A DNA stretch of 64,000 bases from Candidatus Nomurabacteria bacterium (GTDB lineage Bacteria > Patescibacteriota > Saccharimonadia > Saccharimonadales > VXPC01). The notes under the pieces were generated by a model. That model ran no database searches. It saw only the letters and a program-made list of their open reading frames with translations, and was not told the origin of the DNA. Positions 28,814-38,156 of the stretch are shown in pieces. The position numbers and the translations under genes were made by a program. Every line of letters begins with the position of its first letter. Positions within the stretch are counted from its first letter, which is position 1. The stretch spans positions 690,165 to 754,164 of the forward strand of contig JACKGQ010000001.1 of assembly GCA_020631905.1 (NCBI GenBank), written 5' to 3'.

Positions 28814-29182
28814 TTAACCAGCAATTTTTTGCGATGCATTGTGATTAAGTATGAATGGGTTGGTAGGGGCAGATCGGCAATATGGTACCCATAAACCGTC
28901 ATGAAACAAAAATTCTATTGTACCGTCAGTAGCTAGTTTTACTTCTTCAATCATAACGCATTTACATGGATCTTCTTCTGCAGCCTCTACTAGCAGATCT
29001 AGCTCAGTATCTTCCACAACTACTAGACCGTTTAACATTTCTCCGAATATATGACTGTTCCGATGTGCGTAGGTACGCCCATCTCTAAGCATCATGAACA
29101 GACTTGGTGCTATTTCTTCGATTAAGCCACTCCCAGTATCTTTCTGCTGATCTACCCATGTTCCATATATTTTCTCTGACAT
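28814..29182 (-). CDS. Hypothetical protein (122 aa)
   Basis: ORF only. Confidence 0.4.
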   Translation of the reverse strand: MSEKIYGTWVDQQKDTGSGLIEEIAPSLFMMLRDGRTYAHRNSHIFGEMLNGLVVVEDTELDLLVEAAEEDPCKCVMIEEVKLATDGTIEFLFHDGLWVPYCRSAPTNPFILNHNASQKIAG

Positions 29183-29197
29183 GCTTTAGTCGCTGTT

Positions 29198-30178
29198 CTA
29201 TAAATCCTTAACTTCGAGTGGCATGTCGTGCAGCACGGTATCTTCGTGCAAGATACCTGTCTTAGCGCCCATTTTTGTAACTACACTGGTGCTATTGGCT
29301 GCCGCAAATTTTACAGCCTCCACTAACCCCTCTCCTTGCGCAATCCGGCATGTGAAGCCACTACTAAAGGCGTCGCCTGCCCCAAGTCTGTCGACAACGG
29401 GCACATCCTCGTACATTCCACCAACGACCAGTTTTCCTTCAAGGCGGCTAGCAGCCACTTCGCCATTTGGGCCATCAGTAACTATCACTACTGGACAATC
29501 CTTGATAGCCGCTCGAACAAGCTCTTCTGGGGTACTACCTTCATAAAGCTGCTGCATCTCTTCTTTGTTTAGACTCACCAGATCTACTTCGCCGATAATA
29601 TAGCGCATTCGATCGACATCGGTTAGTTCACCCTTACCGGGGTTTATGGCAACTTTTATTCCATGTTCGTGGGCGTACATAATTACTTTGTCGATAATTT
29701 CATAATGACCAGACAAGCTGCTGATATATATCCAGTCTGGAATATTATGCAGCTCGCTGAAGTCGAACTTATCGGAATCGAGATAATGTGAGGCTCCTCT
29801 GTATGTGAGTACCGTTCGCTCACCTTTTGGACTGACTAAGATTACAGAATAGCCGGTGCTTTTGTCGTCGACCATTATAATCGAGCCGGTATCGACTTGC
29901 TCACGATGAAGATCATCCAGAACGGCCCTTCCCGGTGCATCATCTGCAATTTGGCCCATAAAGCTAGCATGGAGACCTTGACGGGCAAATGTGACCGCTG
30001 CATTAGTGGCACCACCACCTGTAGAAAATGTCACACCATCAATTTCGAGCTTTTCACCCAAGATAAACTCTTCAACTAGTTGACCATCTTCTTGCTTTGC
30101 ACGAAAAACTTCACCATGGAGCAAGACATCTTGAACGGCAGCCCCGACACATAAGATATGAATATCTTTTTTCATCAA
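29198..30178 (-). CDS. PfkB-family carbohydrate kinase (ribokinase/fructokinase/6-phosphofructokinase-like)
   Basis: N-terminal GG motif (GGGATNAAV) and C-terminal DRLGAGDAFSSGF anion-hole motif. Confidence 0.85.
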   Translation of the reverse strand: MMKKDIHILCVGAAVQDVLLHGEVFRAKQEDGQLVEEFILGEKLEIDGVTFSTGGGATNAAVTFARQGLHASFMGQIADDAPGRAVLDDLHREQVDTGSIIMVDDKSTGYSVILVSPKGERTVLTYRGASHYLDSDKFDFSELHNIPDWIYISSLSGHYEIIDKVIMYAHEHGIKVAINPGKGELTDVDRMRYIIGEVDLVSLNKEEMQQLYEGSTPEELVRAAIKDCPVVIVTDGPNGEVAASRLEGKLVVGGMYEDVPVVDRLGAGDAFSSGFTCRIAQGEGLVEAVKFAAANSTSVVTKMGAKTGILHEDTVLHDMPLEVKDL

Positions 30179-31098
30179 ACCTCGGCCTTACCAATGGAAT
30201 TGAAGGCTTTTAGCTTATCTTCAACTACTGCTTGAACTGCCAATTTAACCTCGTCCATTAGTTTCATAACAGCAAACTCATCGGGATGCTTGGCAAGCTC
30301 GCGCTCGAGGACGGTTCGGAAGGCAAAGCGCATATCGCTGTTGATGTTGATTTTGGTCACACCAATTCGTACAGCTTCTTCAAAAAAGTGTAGTGGTGTC
30401 CCGCTACCTCCATGTAAGCTAATATTGACATCCTTTGGTAGTGCTTCACGAATGCGTTCGAGTAGTTTCAGATCAAGTATCTTTGGAACAGGATATTTAC
30501 CGTGTAAGTTCCCAATCGCGGCCGCGAATGTGTCGATTCCAGTGTCTTTGACAAATTTTTTGCTACCAGCTGGGGTACTAAAAGTTTTCTTGATTTGCGC
30601 ATAATCTATACTTTCGTGATGAACATTGCTCGATCCACCAAAGTAGTGCGGCTCACTTTCGACAAGCGCACCGGTAAATTTAGCATATTCGACTACTTCT
30701 TTGGTCGCCTCCACAATCGCTTTATCTGATATATGGTCATCTTTGTGGGCTTGTGATACGTCGATGTGAATAAACTCAAAACCAGCATCAATTCCTGCCT
30801 TGGCAGCCTCTACTGATGGTGAATGATCGAGATTAATGTAAATCTCTATCCCATATTCAATTTTGTAGTTATCAACCATATCACGTAAGTTATCTAAGCC
30901 GATTACTTCGACTTCTCCGTGACTAACTTCGACCAGCAACGGTGCACGTGTTTTTTTAGCCGCCCTAGCAATCGCGATTAGCGTTTCTTGGTTGTCGATA
31001 TTAAAAGCTCCCAAGGCAAACTTCTGCTTACGTGCCCGCTCCATGGTTGCTCTAGCTTTTAGACAATTTGCTCGAATCTGAGCAATGGTTAAACTCAT
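30175..31098 (-). CDS. fba: Class II fructose/tagatose-bisphosphate aldolase
   Basis: LGAFNI...LLVEVSHG...HLDHS...HGGSG, the class II aldolase zinc-site pattern. Confidence 0.88.
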   Translation of the reverse strand: MSLTIAQIRANCLKARATMERARKQKFALGAFNIDNQETLIAIARAAKKTRAPLLVEVSHGEVEVIGLDNLRDMVDNYKIEYGIEIYINLDHSPSVEAAKAGIDAGFEFIHIDVSQAHKDDHISDKAIVEATKEVVEYAKFTGALVESEPHYFGGSSNVHHESIDYAQIKKTFSTPAGSKKFVKDTGIDTFAAAIGNLHGKYPVPKILDLKLLERIREALPKDVNISLHGGSGTPLHFFEEAVRIGVTKININSDMRFAFRTVLERELAKHPDEFAVMKLMDEVKLAVQAVVEDKLKAFNSIGKAEV

Positions 31099-31159
31099 AG
31101 GATATATTGTTGCATAAAAGCATAAGCTTTTAAAGCATATCTACTTATATGCTAGCAAT

Positions 31160-32143
31160 CTAAACTTTTTGAGTAGCTTTGAGTACATCATGAACAGCTA
31201 GCTGAATGTGTTTACTTGTTAGGCCAAAATGTTCCATGAGCTCATCTGGGGTTCCGCTTTCGCCAAATCTATCTTTAACCCCAATTCTACGCATAGGTAC
31301 AGGTAGGTGTTCGATCAATAGTTCGGCAACCGCCCCACCTAAGCCACCTGTAATCTGGTGCTCTTCGGCGGTTACTACGCAACCTGTTTTCTGGACACTT
31401 GAAAGTATCGTAACAGCATCTAGAGGCTTAATTGTTGGGCAGTGGATTACTTCGACATCAATCCCGTCATTAAACATACTGGCTGCTGCTTTGAGGGCAT
31501 GATAGGTCATCGTGCCGGTTGCAATAATTGTTACATCCGAACCAGGGGTTAAAACTAGCGCTTTACCAATTTCGAACGGGGTTTTGTCGGTCGTGAACGC
31601 TGGCACAGCCTCACGTGCTAAGCGGATATAGTTTGGTCGAGAATCACCAGCCATTGCCAAAGTAGCTTTGCGGGCCTCCTCGTAATCTGCTGGGGCAATC
31701 ACCACCATATTCGGGAGTGTCCGCATAATTGCTAAATCTTCGAGGGCTTGATGGGTTGCACCATCTGGACCAACACTAATTCCGGCATGTGCACCGACAA
31801 TTTTCACAGGCTGATTGTTTAAGCAAGCTGTGGTCCGGATTTGCTCCCAGTTACGACCAGGGCTAAAAGCCGCATAGCTGGCCGCAAACGGCACAAGCCC
31901 CTGCGATGCCAGTCCACTAGCTACGGTCGCTAAGTTTTGTTCTGCAATGCCAATTTCAAAGAATCTGTCAGGATGCGCTTCGGCAAATACATGCATATTT
32001 GTAGACTCAGTTAAGTCGGCGCATAATCCAACGACTTTGTCGCTTTTGTCGCCAGCTTGCTTTAAGCCGTCACCAAAGCCTGCTCGAATCTTCTTTGCTT
32101 CTAGATCGCCAGTTACATCTAATATGTGATGGTGCCAGATCAT
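31160..32143 (-). CDS. Transketolase, C-terminal (pyrimidine-binding) subunit
   Basis: Split-type transketolase second half: FEIGIAEQN...transketolase C domain. Confidence 0.88.
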   Translation of the reverse strand: MIWHHHILDVTGDLEAKKIRAGFGDGLKQAGDKSDKVVGLCADLTESTNMHVFAEAHPDRFFEIGIAEQNLATVASGLASQGLVPFAASYAAFSPGRNWEQIRTTACLNNQPVKIVGAHAGISVGPDGATHQALEDLAIMRTLPNMVVIAPADYEEARKATLAMAGDSRPNYIRLAREAVPAFTTDKTPFEIGKALVLTPGSDVTIIATGTMTYHALKAAASMFNDGIDVEVIHCPTIKPLDAVTILSSVQKTGCVVTAEEHQITGGLGGAVAELLIEHLPVPMRRIGVKDRFGESGTPDELMEHFGLTSKHIQLAVHDVLKATQKV

Positions 32144-33030
32144 TATTGATGTTCCCCAGTTATTTTGCCGCCCAAGGTCCGAAGCTCATGCAGTGCCAAC
32201 TTGGCTTCCTGGTGATTTGGTGGTTTGCCATGCCAATGGAAGTCATACTCCATAAAATCTACACCCTTTCCAGCTATCGTATGGGCAATGATTATAATCG
32301 GCTTATCTTTAATCGCTCGAGCCATTGCGCAGGCATCAATTACTGCTTCAATGTTGTTGCCATCGATTTCGATCACATGCCAACCAAACGCCTCCCACTT
32401 GGCGCTTAAATCTTCGAGAGGCATCACATCTTCGGTTGCTCCATCGATCTGAATGTAGTTGCGGTCGATAATCCCGACGATGTTACTCAGTTGATACTTG
32501 CCAGCTAGCATGGCGGCTTCCCAAACATTGCCTTCGTCGAGCTCACCATCGCCCATCACGGTATAAATCCAGCGATGTTTGATATCGTGCATACGCCAAG
32601 CTAACGCCATACCACAAGCCTGGCTTAGCCCACAGCCTAATGGGCCGCTTGTATGCTCAAGACCGGGTAGCTTGGTTCGCTCAGGATGGCCTTGGAGTCG
32701 ACTACCAAATTTACGCAGAGTTTTTAGCTCTTTCTTGCTAAAGTAACCCGTCTCGGCCATGGTTGCATAGCGCACTGGCACAGTGTGGCCATTACTTAAA
32801 ATCAAGACATCCCGCTCTTCCCAGTCTGGGTTGTCTGGGTCGTGCTTCATGACATCAAAATATAATGCTGCAAAAATATCGGCCAGACCCAAAGGTCCGG
32901 CGCTGTGGCCGCTACCAGCTTCTTCGAGCATGCTGATAATACTGACACGGATATTATTTGCGAGCTTTTCTAGCTCCAGCACAGACTTTTTTTTAGCTGT
33001 GAAATTTTTTGCTTGTTTGCTTGTGGCCAT
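32143..33030 (-). CDS. Transketolase, N-terminal (TPP-binding) subunit
   Basis: GHSAGPLG...MGDGELDEGNVWEA TPP-binding motif. 1-nt overlap with the C-terminal subunit gene. Confidence 0.88.
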   Translation of the reverse strand: MATSKQAKNFTAKKKSVLELEKLANNIRVSIISMLEEAGSGHSAGPLGLADIFAALYFDVMKHDPDNPDWEERDVLILSNGHTVPVRYATMAETGYFSKKELKTLRKFGSRLQGHPERTKLPGLEHTSGPLGCGLSQACGMALAWRMHDIKHRWIYTVMGDGELDEGNVWEAAMLAGKYQLSNIVGIIDRNYIQIDGATEDVMPLEDLSAKWEAFGWHVIEIDGNNIEAVIDACAMARAIKDKPIIIIAHTIAGKGVDFMEYDFHWHGKPPNHQEAKLALHELRTLGGKITGEHQ

Positions 33031-33035
33031 ATTGC

Positions 33036-33668
33036 TTATGATTTTACCAGATTTACAAGTGAATCATAAGCTTTTTGCGGATCTTCGGCCTGTTGGATAC
33101 AGCCACCCGCATTTAGCACTTGAACTCCTCCGTCTTTGAGCTGTTTGGCGTTTGACTCGTTAATTCCACCATCCCAGCTAATCTCGATATTTGGGTTTAT
33201 CTGTCGGATTTGTTCGACTTTCGATAGCAAACTTAAGTCTACTTGACCCCCGTGGTGCCCAAGATGGCCACTAAATATTAATGCGTGCTCACACTCTTGA
33301 ATAAGTTCCACGAAATCGAGTGGGTTTGTGGCCTGCAAGAATGCCACGCCGGGTATAATCCCATAATGTTTAAGATTTCGGGCAAACTCAACCAGATTAT
33401 CCTCGGCTTCGGCATGGAAGATAACTCTGTCGGGAAGCATACTTTTAAGTGTGTCTAGGTGTAGATCTGGATACTTATACATGATATGAATATCGATTAT
33501 TTTGCCTTGATCCCACCATGCTTGTGGCAGTGTGACCGAATGTACCCCGGTAAATTCTTCGTCCATTAAGTCAATATGAATCCGCTCGGCAAAACCACTC
33601 ACAGTCTCCATCTCTTGTCGATAATCGTGAGGGTTATAAGCTGTTACTGTCGGGCAAATAACACACAT
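33036..33668 (-). CDS. rpe: Ribulose-phosphate 3-epimerase (divergent)
   Basis: Aligns by eye to Rpe blocks: HIDLMDEEF ~ HFDVMDNHY, IDIHIM ~ IDVHLM, FHAEA ~ FHPEA, WDGGIN ~ VDGGVK. Confidence 0.7.
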   Translation of the reverse strand: MCVICPTVTAYNPHDYRQEMETVSGFAERIHIDLMDEEFTGVHSVTLPQAWWDQGKIIDIHIMYKYPDLHLDTLKSMLPDRVIFHAEAEDNLVEFARNLKHYGIIPGVAFLQATNPLDFVELIQECEHALIFSGHLGHHGGQVDLSLLSKVEQIRQINPNIEISWDGGINESNAKQLKDGGVQVLNAGGCIQQAEDPQKAYDSLVNLVKS

Positions 33669-33690
33669 AGGCTTATGTTAGCATAAGCCT

Positions 33691-34161
33691 TTAATTGAGT
33701 TCGTCTAAAAGTTTATTGCGCCGCAAGCGTTTAGGGATAGACTCAAACGGAGTTGCCAAATACGTATCGACGATATCACGCATAAGTTGGGGATTATCAT
33801 TCAGTTTTATGGCTGGCAAGGCCAAGACGTTGATATCGTCGTCATTTCTGGCAAGCCTAGCTTCCTCTACAGTGTCTAATACTGCTGCTCGGATACCCTT
33901 AAACCGATTAGCTGCAATCGCCATACCTTGCCCACTACCACAAATCAGTATACCTTTTGCTTCACGATCACGATCGGCAAACAAGGCATGAACTAGCTTG
34001 CTGGCAAAAACTGGAAAATCGTCTTCTGGGTTTAGGGCTGTATCACCTGTATCAATAACTTCGAATCCAGCCGACTCTAAATACTCCTTTAACTTGGCTT
34101 TAAGCCTAAAGCCTTGATGGTCGGCACCTATATAAACTATCCCATGTTTGTTCATAAACAA
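33691..34161 (-). CDS. rpiB: Ribose-5-phosphate isomerase B
   Basis: IGADHQGF...ICGSGQGMAIAANR, the RpiB/LacAB signature. Confidence 0.88.
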   Translation of the reverse strand: MFMNKHGIVYIGADHQGFRLKAKLKEYLESAGFEVIDTGDTALNPEDDFPVFASKLVHALFADRDREAKGILICGSGQGMAIAANRFKGIRAAVLDTVEEARLARNDDDINVLALPAIKLNDNPQLMRDIVDTYLATPFESIPKRLRRNKLLDELN

Positions 34162-34164
34162 TGT

Positions 34165-35538
34165 CTAGTAATTTTGGTGTTCTTGGTCTTGTTGATGATT
34201 CTGCTCTGCCGCTACCTGAGCTTGGTCTGGATATGCTGGCTGTGCTGCTTGGTCTTGAGAGACTTGCGGTTCGGATGGTAGATCTGTTTGTACTTCGTCT
34301 GCAGGTTGAGACTGTACCTGGCCATAATCAGCATTATTAAATCCGCTCGGTTCAGAATTCATCTCTGGCTCAGTATGAACATTTTCTTCTGGCTGCCAGC
34401 TGCCAGTGTTTTCCATGGCCTCAACTTCGGCCACACCCGCATCTAGATCGTTGACAGTATCTTCGCTGACTTCAACTACAGGCACATCTGCATCTTGTTC
34501 TTCGGCCCGACGTCCATGCAAACTATTGCCAACATCAGCCACAAGTTCGACTAAACGGTTGCTGTAGCCCCATTCGTTGTCGTACCAAACTACAACCTTT
34601 AGCATGTTTCCGTCGACTACATTTGTTAATGCGCCGTCAACTGTGCCGCTATGGCTATTGCCAATATAGTCGCTACTAACTAGTTCTTCGTCGGTGTAAT
34701 CGACAATACCTTGGTAATATAGATCTTTGCTGGCTTTTTTGAGGGTGGCGTTGACTTCTTCGGCAGTTACATCGCGCTTCATAAGCATCGTCACATCACT
34801 CAAAGACACTACGCTAGTCGGTACACGAACCGACATGCCATCAAACTTACCTAGCAAACTTGGCACCGTTTTAGCCACAGCAATTGCTGCACCTGTCGTG
34901 CTCGGTACAATATTCTGAGCAGCCGCCCGTGATTCACGCATTGCCTTGGCTGGGCCATCCTGAAGTACCTGACTAGCGGTGTAGCTATGTACAGTTGTTA
35001 GCATCGCTTTTTCAATCCCATATTCTTGATCGAGAATGTCCATAACCGCCGCCAGGCTGTTGGTGGTACAGCTGGCGTTACTAATAATGTCACCCTGATA
35101 ACTTTCTAGATCATGTTCGTTGGCACCGAGTACAATTGTCTGAGTTTCATCGTCTTTAGCGGGGGCACTAATCACGACTTTTTTTGCTCCAGCTTTAATA
35201 TGCGCAGAGGCTTTTTCGGCTGTCACAAACAGACCAGTCGACTCGATTACTACATCTACTTGGCGGTCTGCCCACGGTAAATTTGCGGGGTCCTTTTCGG
35301 CACTAACAGGCACTTTTTTGCCGTCTACGACAATACAGCCTTCTTCGAAGCTAACCTCGTGGTGATAGGCACCATAATTAGTGTCGTACTTCAGTAAATA
35401 GGCCAACATTTCGTTGTTTGTTAAGTCGTTGATAGCTACAATCTCGATATCGTCACGATCAAACGCCACCCTAAAAGCATTGCGCCCAATCCGTCCAAAC
35501 CCATTAATTGCCACCCTTGTCTTCATATTCCCCCTCAA
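34165..35538 (-). CDS. gap: Glyceraldehyde-3-phosphate dehydrogenase with a ~120-aa acidic/Q-rich C-terminal extension
   Basis: NGFGRIGR NAD-binding motif and SNASCTTNSLAAV active site. The core ends near residue 335, followed by a D/E/Q/P low-complexity tail. Confidence 0.9.
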   Translation of the reverse strand: MRGNMKTRVAINGFGRIGRNAFRVAFDRDDIEIVAINDLTNNEMLAYLLKYDTNYGAYHHEVSFEEGCIVVDGKKVPVSAEKDPANLPWADRQVDVVIESTGLFVTAEKASAHIKAGAKKVVISAPAKDDETQTIVLGANEHDLESYQGDIISNASCTTNSLAAVMDILDQEYGIEKAMLTTVHSYTASQVLQDGPAKAMRESRAAAQNIVPSTTGAAIAVAKTVPSLLGKFDGMSVRVPTSVVSLSDVTMLMKRDVTAEEVNATLKKASKDLYYQGIVDYTDEELVSSDYIGNSHSGTVDGALTNVVDGNMLKVVVWYDNEWGYSNRLVELVADVGNSLHGRRAEEQDADVPVVEVSEDTVNDLDAGVAEVEAMENTGSWQPEENVHTEPEMNSEPSGFNNADYGQVQSQPADEVQTDLPSEPQVSQDQAAQPAYPDQAQVAAEQNHQQDQEHQNY

Positions 35539-35631
35539 GTTTATCTTGCTTACGCTAATTATAACCTAGACAGGTACGAGCACCAATACAAAAGTTAGCG
35601 CCCCCGGCCCTTTCACATTTTAATGTCTTTT

Positions 35632-36162
35632 CTACCACCAAGGGTTGGCTTGGGCGCGTTCCTTGCATTCGCCGATTATCTTCCAGGCATCTTCCACACT
35701 GCCAAAACCAAGGACTTTGGTTGAGCCAGGCTTTTTGAGATCTTTGTAGTGATTAAAATGGTGCTCAATCTGTTTTTTCCAGGGCTCGCCAAGCTCATCG
35801 ATATTATTGATTGGTCCGTAATGTCGATCATCGGCCGGCACGCAGACGACTTTGTGATCCATCTCGGCATCGTCTTCGAAATTAAGAATTCCGATAACCT
35901 TACACTCAACTACCACTCCCATTGGCAACGGCTCCCCAGTTACAACTAGCGTATCTAGTTCGTCACCGTCTTCGTCGAGAGTTTGGGGTATGAATCCATA
36001 ATTTACTGGCTTAGCAAAAATACCGGGCTCTACTCGATCGAGTGCAAAATACTCATTTTTTCGATCCCACTCCACTTTGAGCATGCTGCCTTTTGGAATT
36101 TCAATAACTGTTGTGATGTTTGTGCCGTCATCGGCGCTCAACTGATTAAATGGATAACCCAT
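35632..36162 (-). CDS. ppa: Inorganic pyrophosphatase (family I)
   Basis: VIEIPKGS...DHKVVCVPADD pattern. Length 176 aa. Confidence 0.9.
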   Translation of the reverse strand: MGYPFNQLSADDGTNITTVIEIPKGSMLKVEWDRKNEYFALDRVEPGIFAKPVNYGFIPQTLDEDGDELDTLVVTGEPLPMGVVVECKVIGILNFEDDAEMDHKVVCVPADDRHYGPINNIDELGEPWKKQIEHHFNHYKDLKKPGSTKVLGFGSVEDAWKIIGECKERAQANPWW

Positions 36163-36236
36163 TCGCTATACCTCACTTATCTTTTTTCTATACTAAACAG
36201 TATTATACCAAACGTTACAGCGATAAAGATATGGGA

Positions 36237-37175
36237 CTAGGCTGCGGGCTTTTCGAGGTACTCACGAATCGACAGAGCCGCCGCTGCGCCTTCGCCAACT
36301 GCACTGGCAATCTGCATTGTCGCGCCACTGCGAACATCGCCAGCACAAAACATACCAGGAATATTAGTCGCCAGCTTAAGGTCGGTCATAACAAAACCGT
36401 AATCGTCAAGTTCAACACCGCTACCCGCTAGGAAATATGTGACCGGCTTTAAGCCGATAAACACAAAGACACCGTCGGTAGGAAAGTCTGTTCGCTGACC
36501 GTTTTTCGTTCCAACTACTTTGACTATTTTGTTGTCTTGGCCAACAATTTCGTCGGTAGTGGTATTAAAGTGAACGGTAATTTTATCGTTCTTGTCTATC
36601 TCGTGTTCGAGTACGTCGCTAGCTTTCCATTTATCTCCTCGGATCAAAATGTCGATATGGCTGGCAAACTTGGTCAAGAATAAAGCTTCTTGAGCTGCGC
36701 TGTTGCCACTGCCGACAACCACGAGTCGACGATCACGATAAAATGCACCGTCGCAAGTTGCGCAGTTGTGCACACCACGGCCATAAAATTCTTGCTCGCC
36801 CGGTATACCGAGTTTTTTCCATTCACTGCCCGTGCCAATCAGAACGGCCCGAGCTCGATAGCTATTCATACCACCCTCGACCTCGAAGATATCGCCATTT
36901 TTGTGGATATTTTTTACTTCGTCGAGCTCGATGACTGCCCCAAACCGCTTGGTCTGGGCTTCGAGCTGTTCGGCCAACCTTAGTCCCTCGATACCATCTG
37001 GAAAACCTGGGTAATTGTCGACCATATCGGTAATAGCTGCCAAACCACCAACAACTGCTTTCTCGATAATTAATGTCTCTAGGTCTTCGCGAGATGTATA
37101 TATGGCACTGGCTAGGCTAGCCGGGCCGGCACCAATCATGACTACATCCCAGACTTTTGTAGCTTGCTCTGTCAT
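36237..37175 (-). CDS. trxB: Thioredoxin-disulfide reductase
   Basis: GAGPASL FAD motif, CATCDG redox-active disulfide and GSGNSAAQEA NADPH motif. Confidence 0.92.
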   Translation of the reverse strand: MTEQATKVWDVVMIGAGPASLASAIYTSREDLETLIIEKAVVGGLAAITDMVDNYPGFPDGIEGLRLAEQLEAQTKRFGAVIELDEVKNIHKNGDIFEVEGGMNSYRARAVLIGTGSEWKKLGIPGEQEFYGRGVHNCATCDGAFYRDRRLVVVGSGNSAAQEALFLTKFASHIDILIRGDKWKASDVLEHEIDKNDKITVHFNTTTDEIVGQDNKIVKVVGTKNGQRTDFPTDGVFVFIGLKPVTYFLAGSGVELDDYGFVMTDLKLATNIPGMFCAGDVRSGATMQIASAVGEGAAAALSIREYLEKPAA

Positions 37176-37181
37176 CTTCGT

Positions 37182-37448
37182 TTACGCCAAACCTAACATT
37201 GAGCTAATTGCACTATAGTTTGGTCCAGTTACTGGAGGCATTTCAACACCTTGACCATCGGCTATAATAGTGACCGGGACGCTTAAAGTACCACTCTTTT
37301 CAAGCACCTCTTGCTGACGATCCGGGTTTTCATCTAGGTTAACACTCTCGTACGCCACACCCTTGGCATCTAGCCATTTTTTTAAGGCCGCACACGATGC
37401 ACAGTATGTTGTACTAAAGACTGTAACTTTATGAGTTTGTGTATCCAT
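37182..37448 (-). CDS. Glutaredoxin/NrdH-like small redox protein
   Basis: CASC (CxxC) at residues 16-19 and a thioredoxin-fold pattern. Length 88 aa. Confidence 0.7.
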   Translation of the reverse strand: MDTQTHKVTVFSTTYCASCAALKKWLDAKGVAYESVNLDENPDRQQEVLEKSGTLSVPVTIIADGQGVEMPPVTGPNYSAISSMLGLA

Positions 37449-37469
37449 ATTGGCCTTTCTTATTTAATT

Positions 37470-38003
37470 TTATTGGGTTATCCCAATTAGCTCGATATCA
37501 AAAACTAGGTCCGATTTGGCGGGAATGTTACTGTTGCCAGTTTCGCCGTATGCTAGCGAATACGGGATAACGAGTCGGCGTGTTCCGCCGACTTTCATAC
37601 CTGGAATTCCATCTTGCCAACCCTGAATTAAACCTTCTAATCCAAATGTAATCGGGCTACCACTGTCTAGGCTTGATTCAAAGATAATCCCATCTTTAAC
37701 AAATGCACCAGTGTAATTTACGGTTACTTGATCGCCAGCGACTACTTCGGTCCCATCGCCTTCGACCAAATCGATTATTTCGAGTTTTTCTACCTGACTT
37801 GTTCGTGGCTCAAATCCCTGTAATTTTGTACCTTTTAACACATCGGCCTCCTGATTATTATTTTGATTTGTAGTATCTTGCGTTGTTTGATCAGTATTTG
37901 AGCTTTCGTCTTTATTCGCCTGAATTACAACATAAGCACTAAAACCAATCGTACTAACAAAAAATGCAACTGCTAACATTAGAGATACAACTCTTGTTGT
38001 CAT
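37470..38003 (-). CDS. FKBP-type peptidyl-prolyl cis-trans isomerase, secreted or membrane-anchored
   Basis: N-terminal TM/signal segment. FKBP core VTVNYTG...GLIQGWQDGIPGMKVGGTRRLVIPYSLAYGE. Confidence 0.88.
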   Translation of the reverse strand: MTTRVVSLMLAVAFFVSTIGFSAYVVIQANKDESSNTDQTTQDTTNQNNNQEADVLKGTKLQGFEPRTSQVEKLEIIDLVEGDGTEVVAGDQVTVNYTGAFVKDGIIFESSLDSGSPITFGLEGLIQGWQDGIPGMKVGGTRRLVIPYSLAYGETGNSNIPAKSDLVFDIELIGITQ

Positions 38004-38156
38004 GGTACCCTCCTTAAAAAGTTTAGCGACACTCTACTGGGCTTGGCCAGACTGTGCGAAAGAAGTCGTCACTAAAGAATATATTATCAACCCTCCGCTG
38101 CTCGAAATATATTTTACCTCATGCTTAACCGAGATGAAACTAAAAGGTAATGTCTT

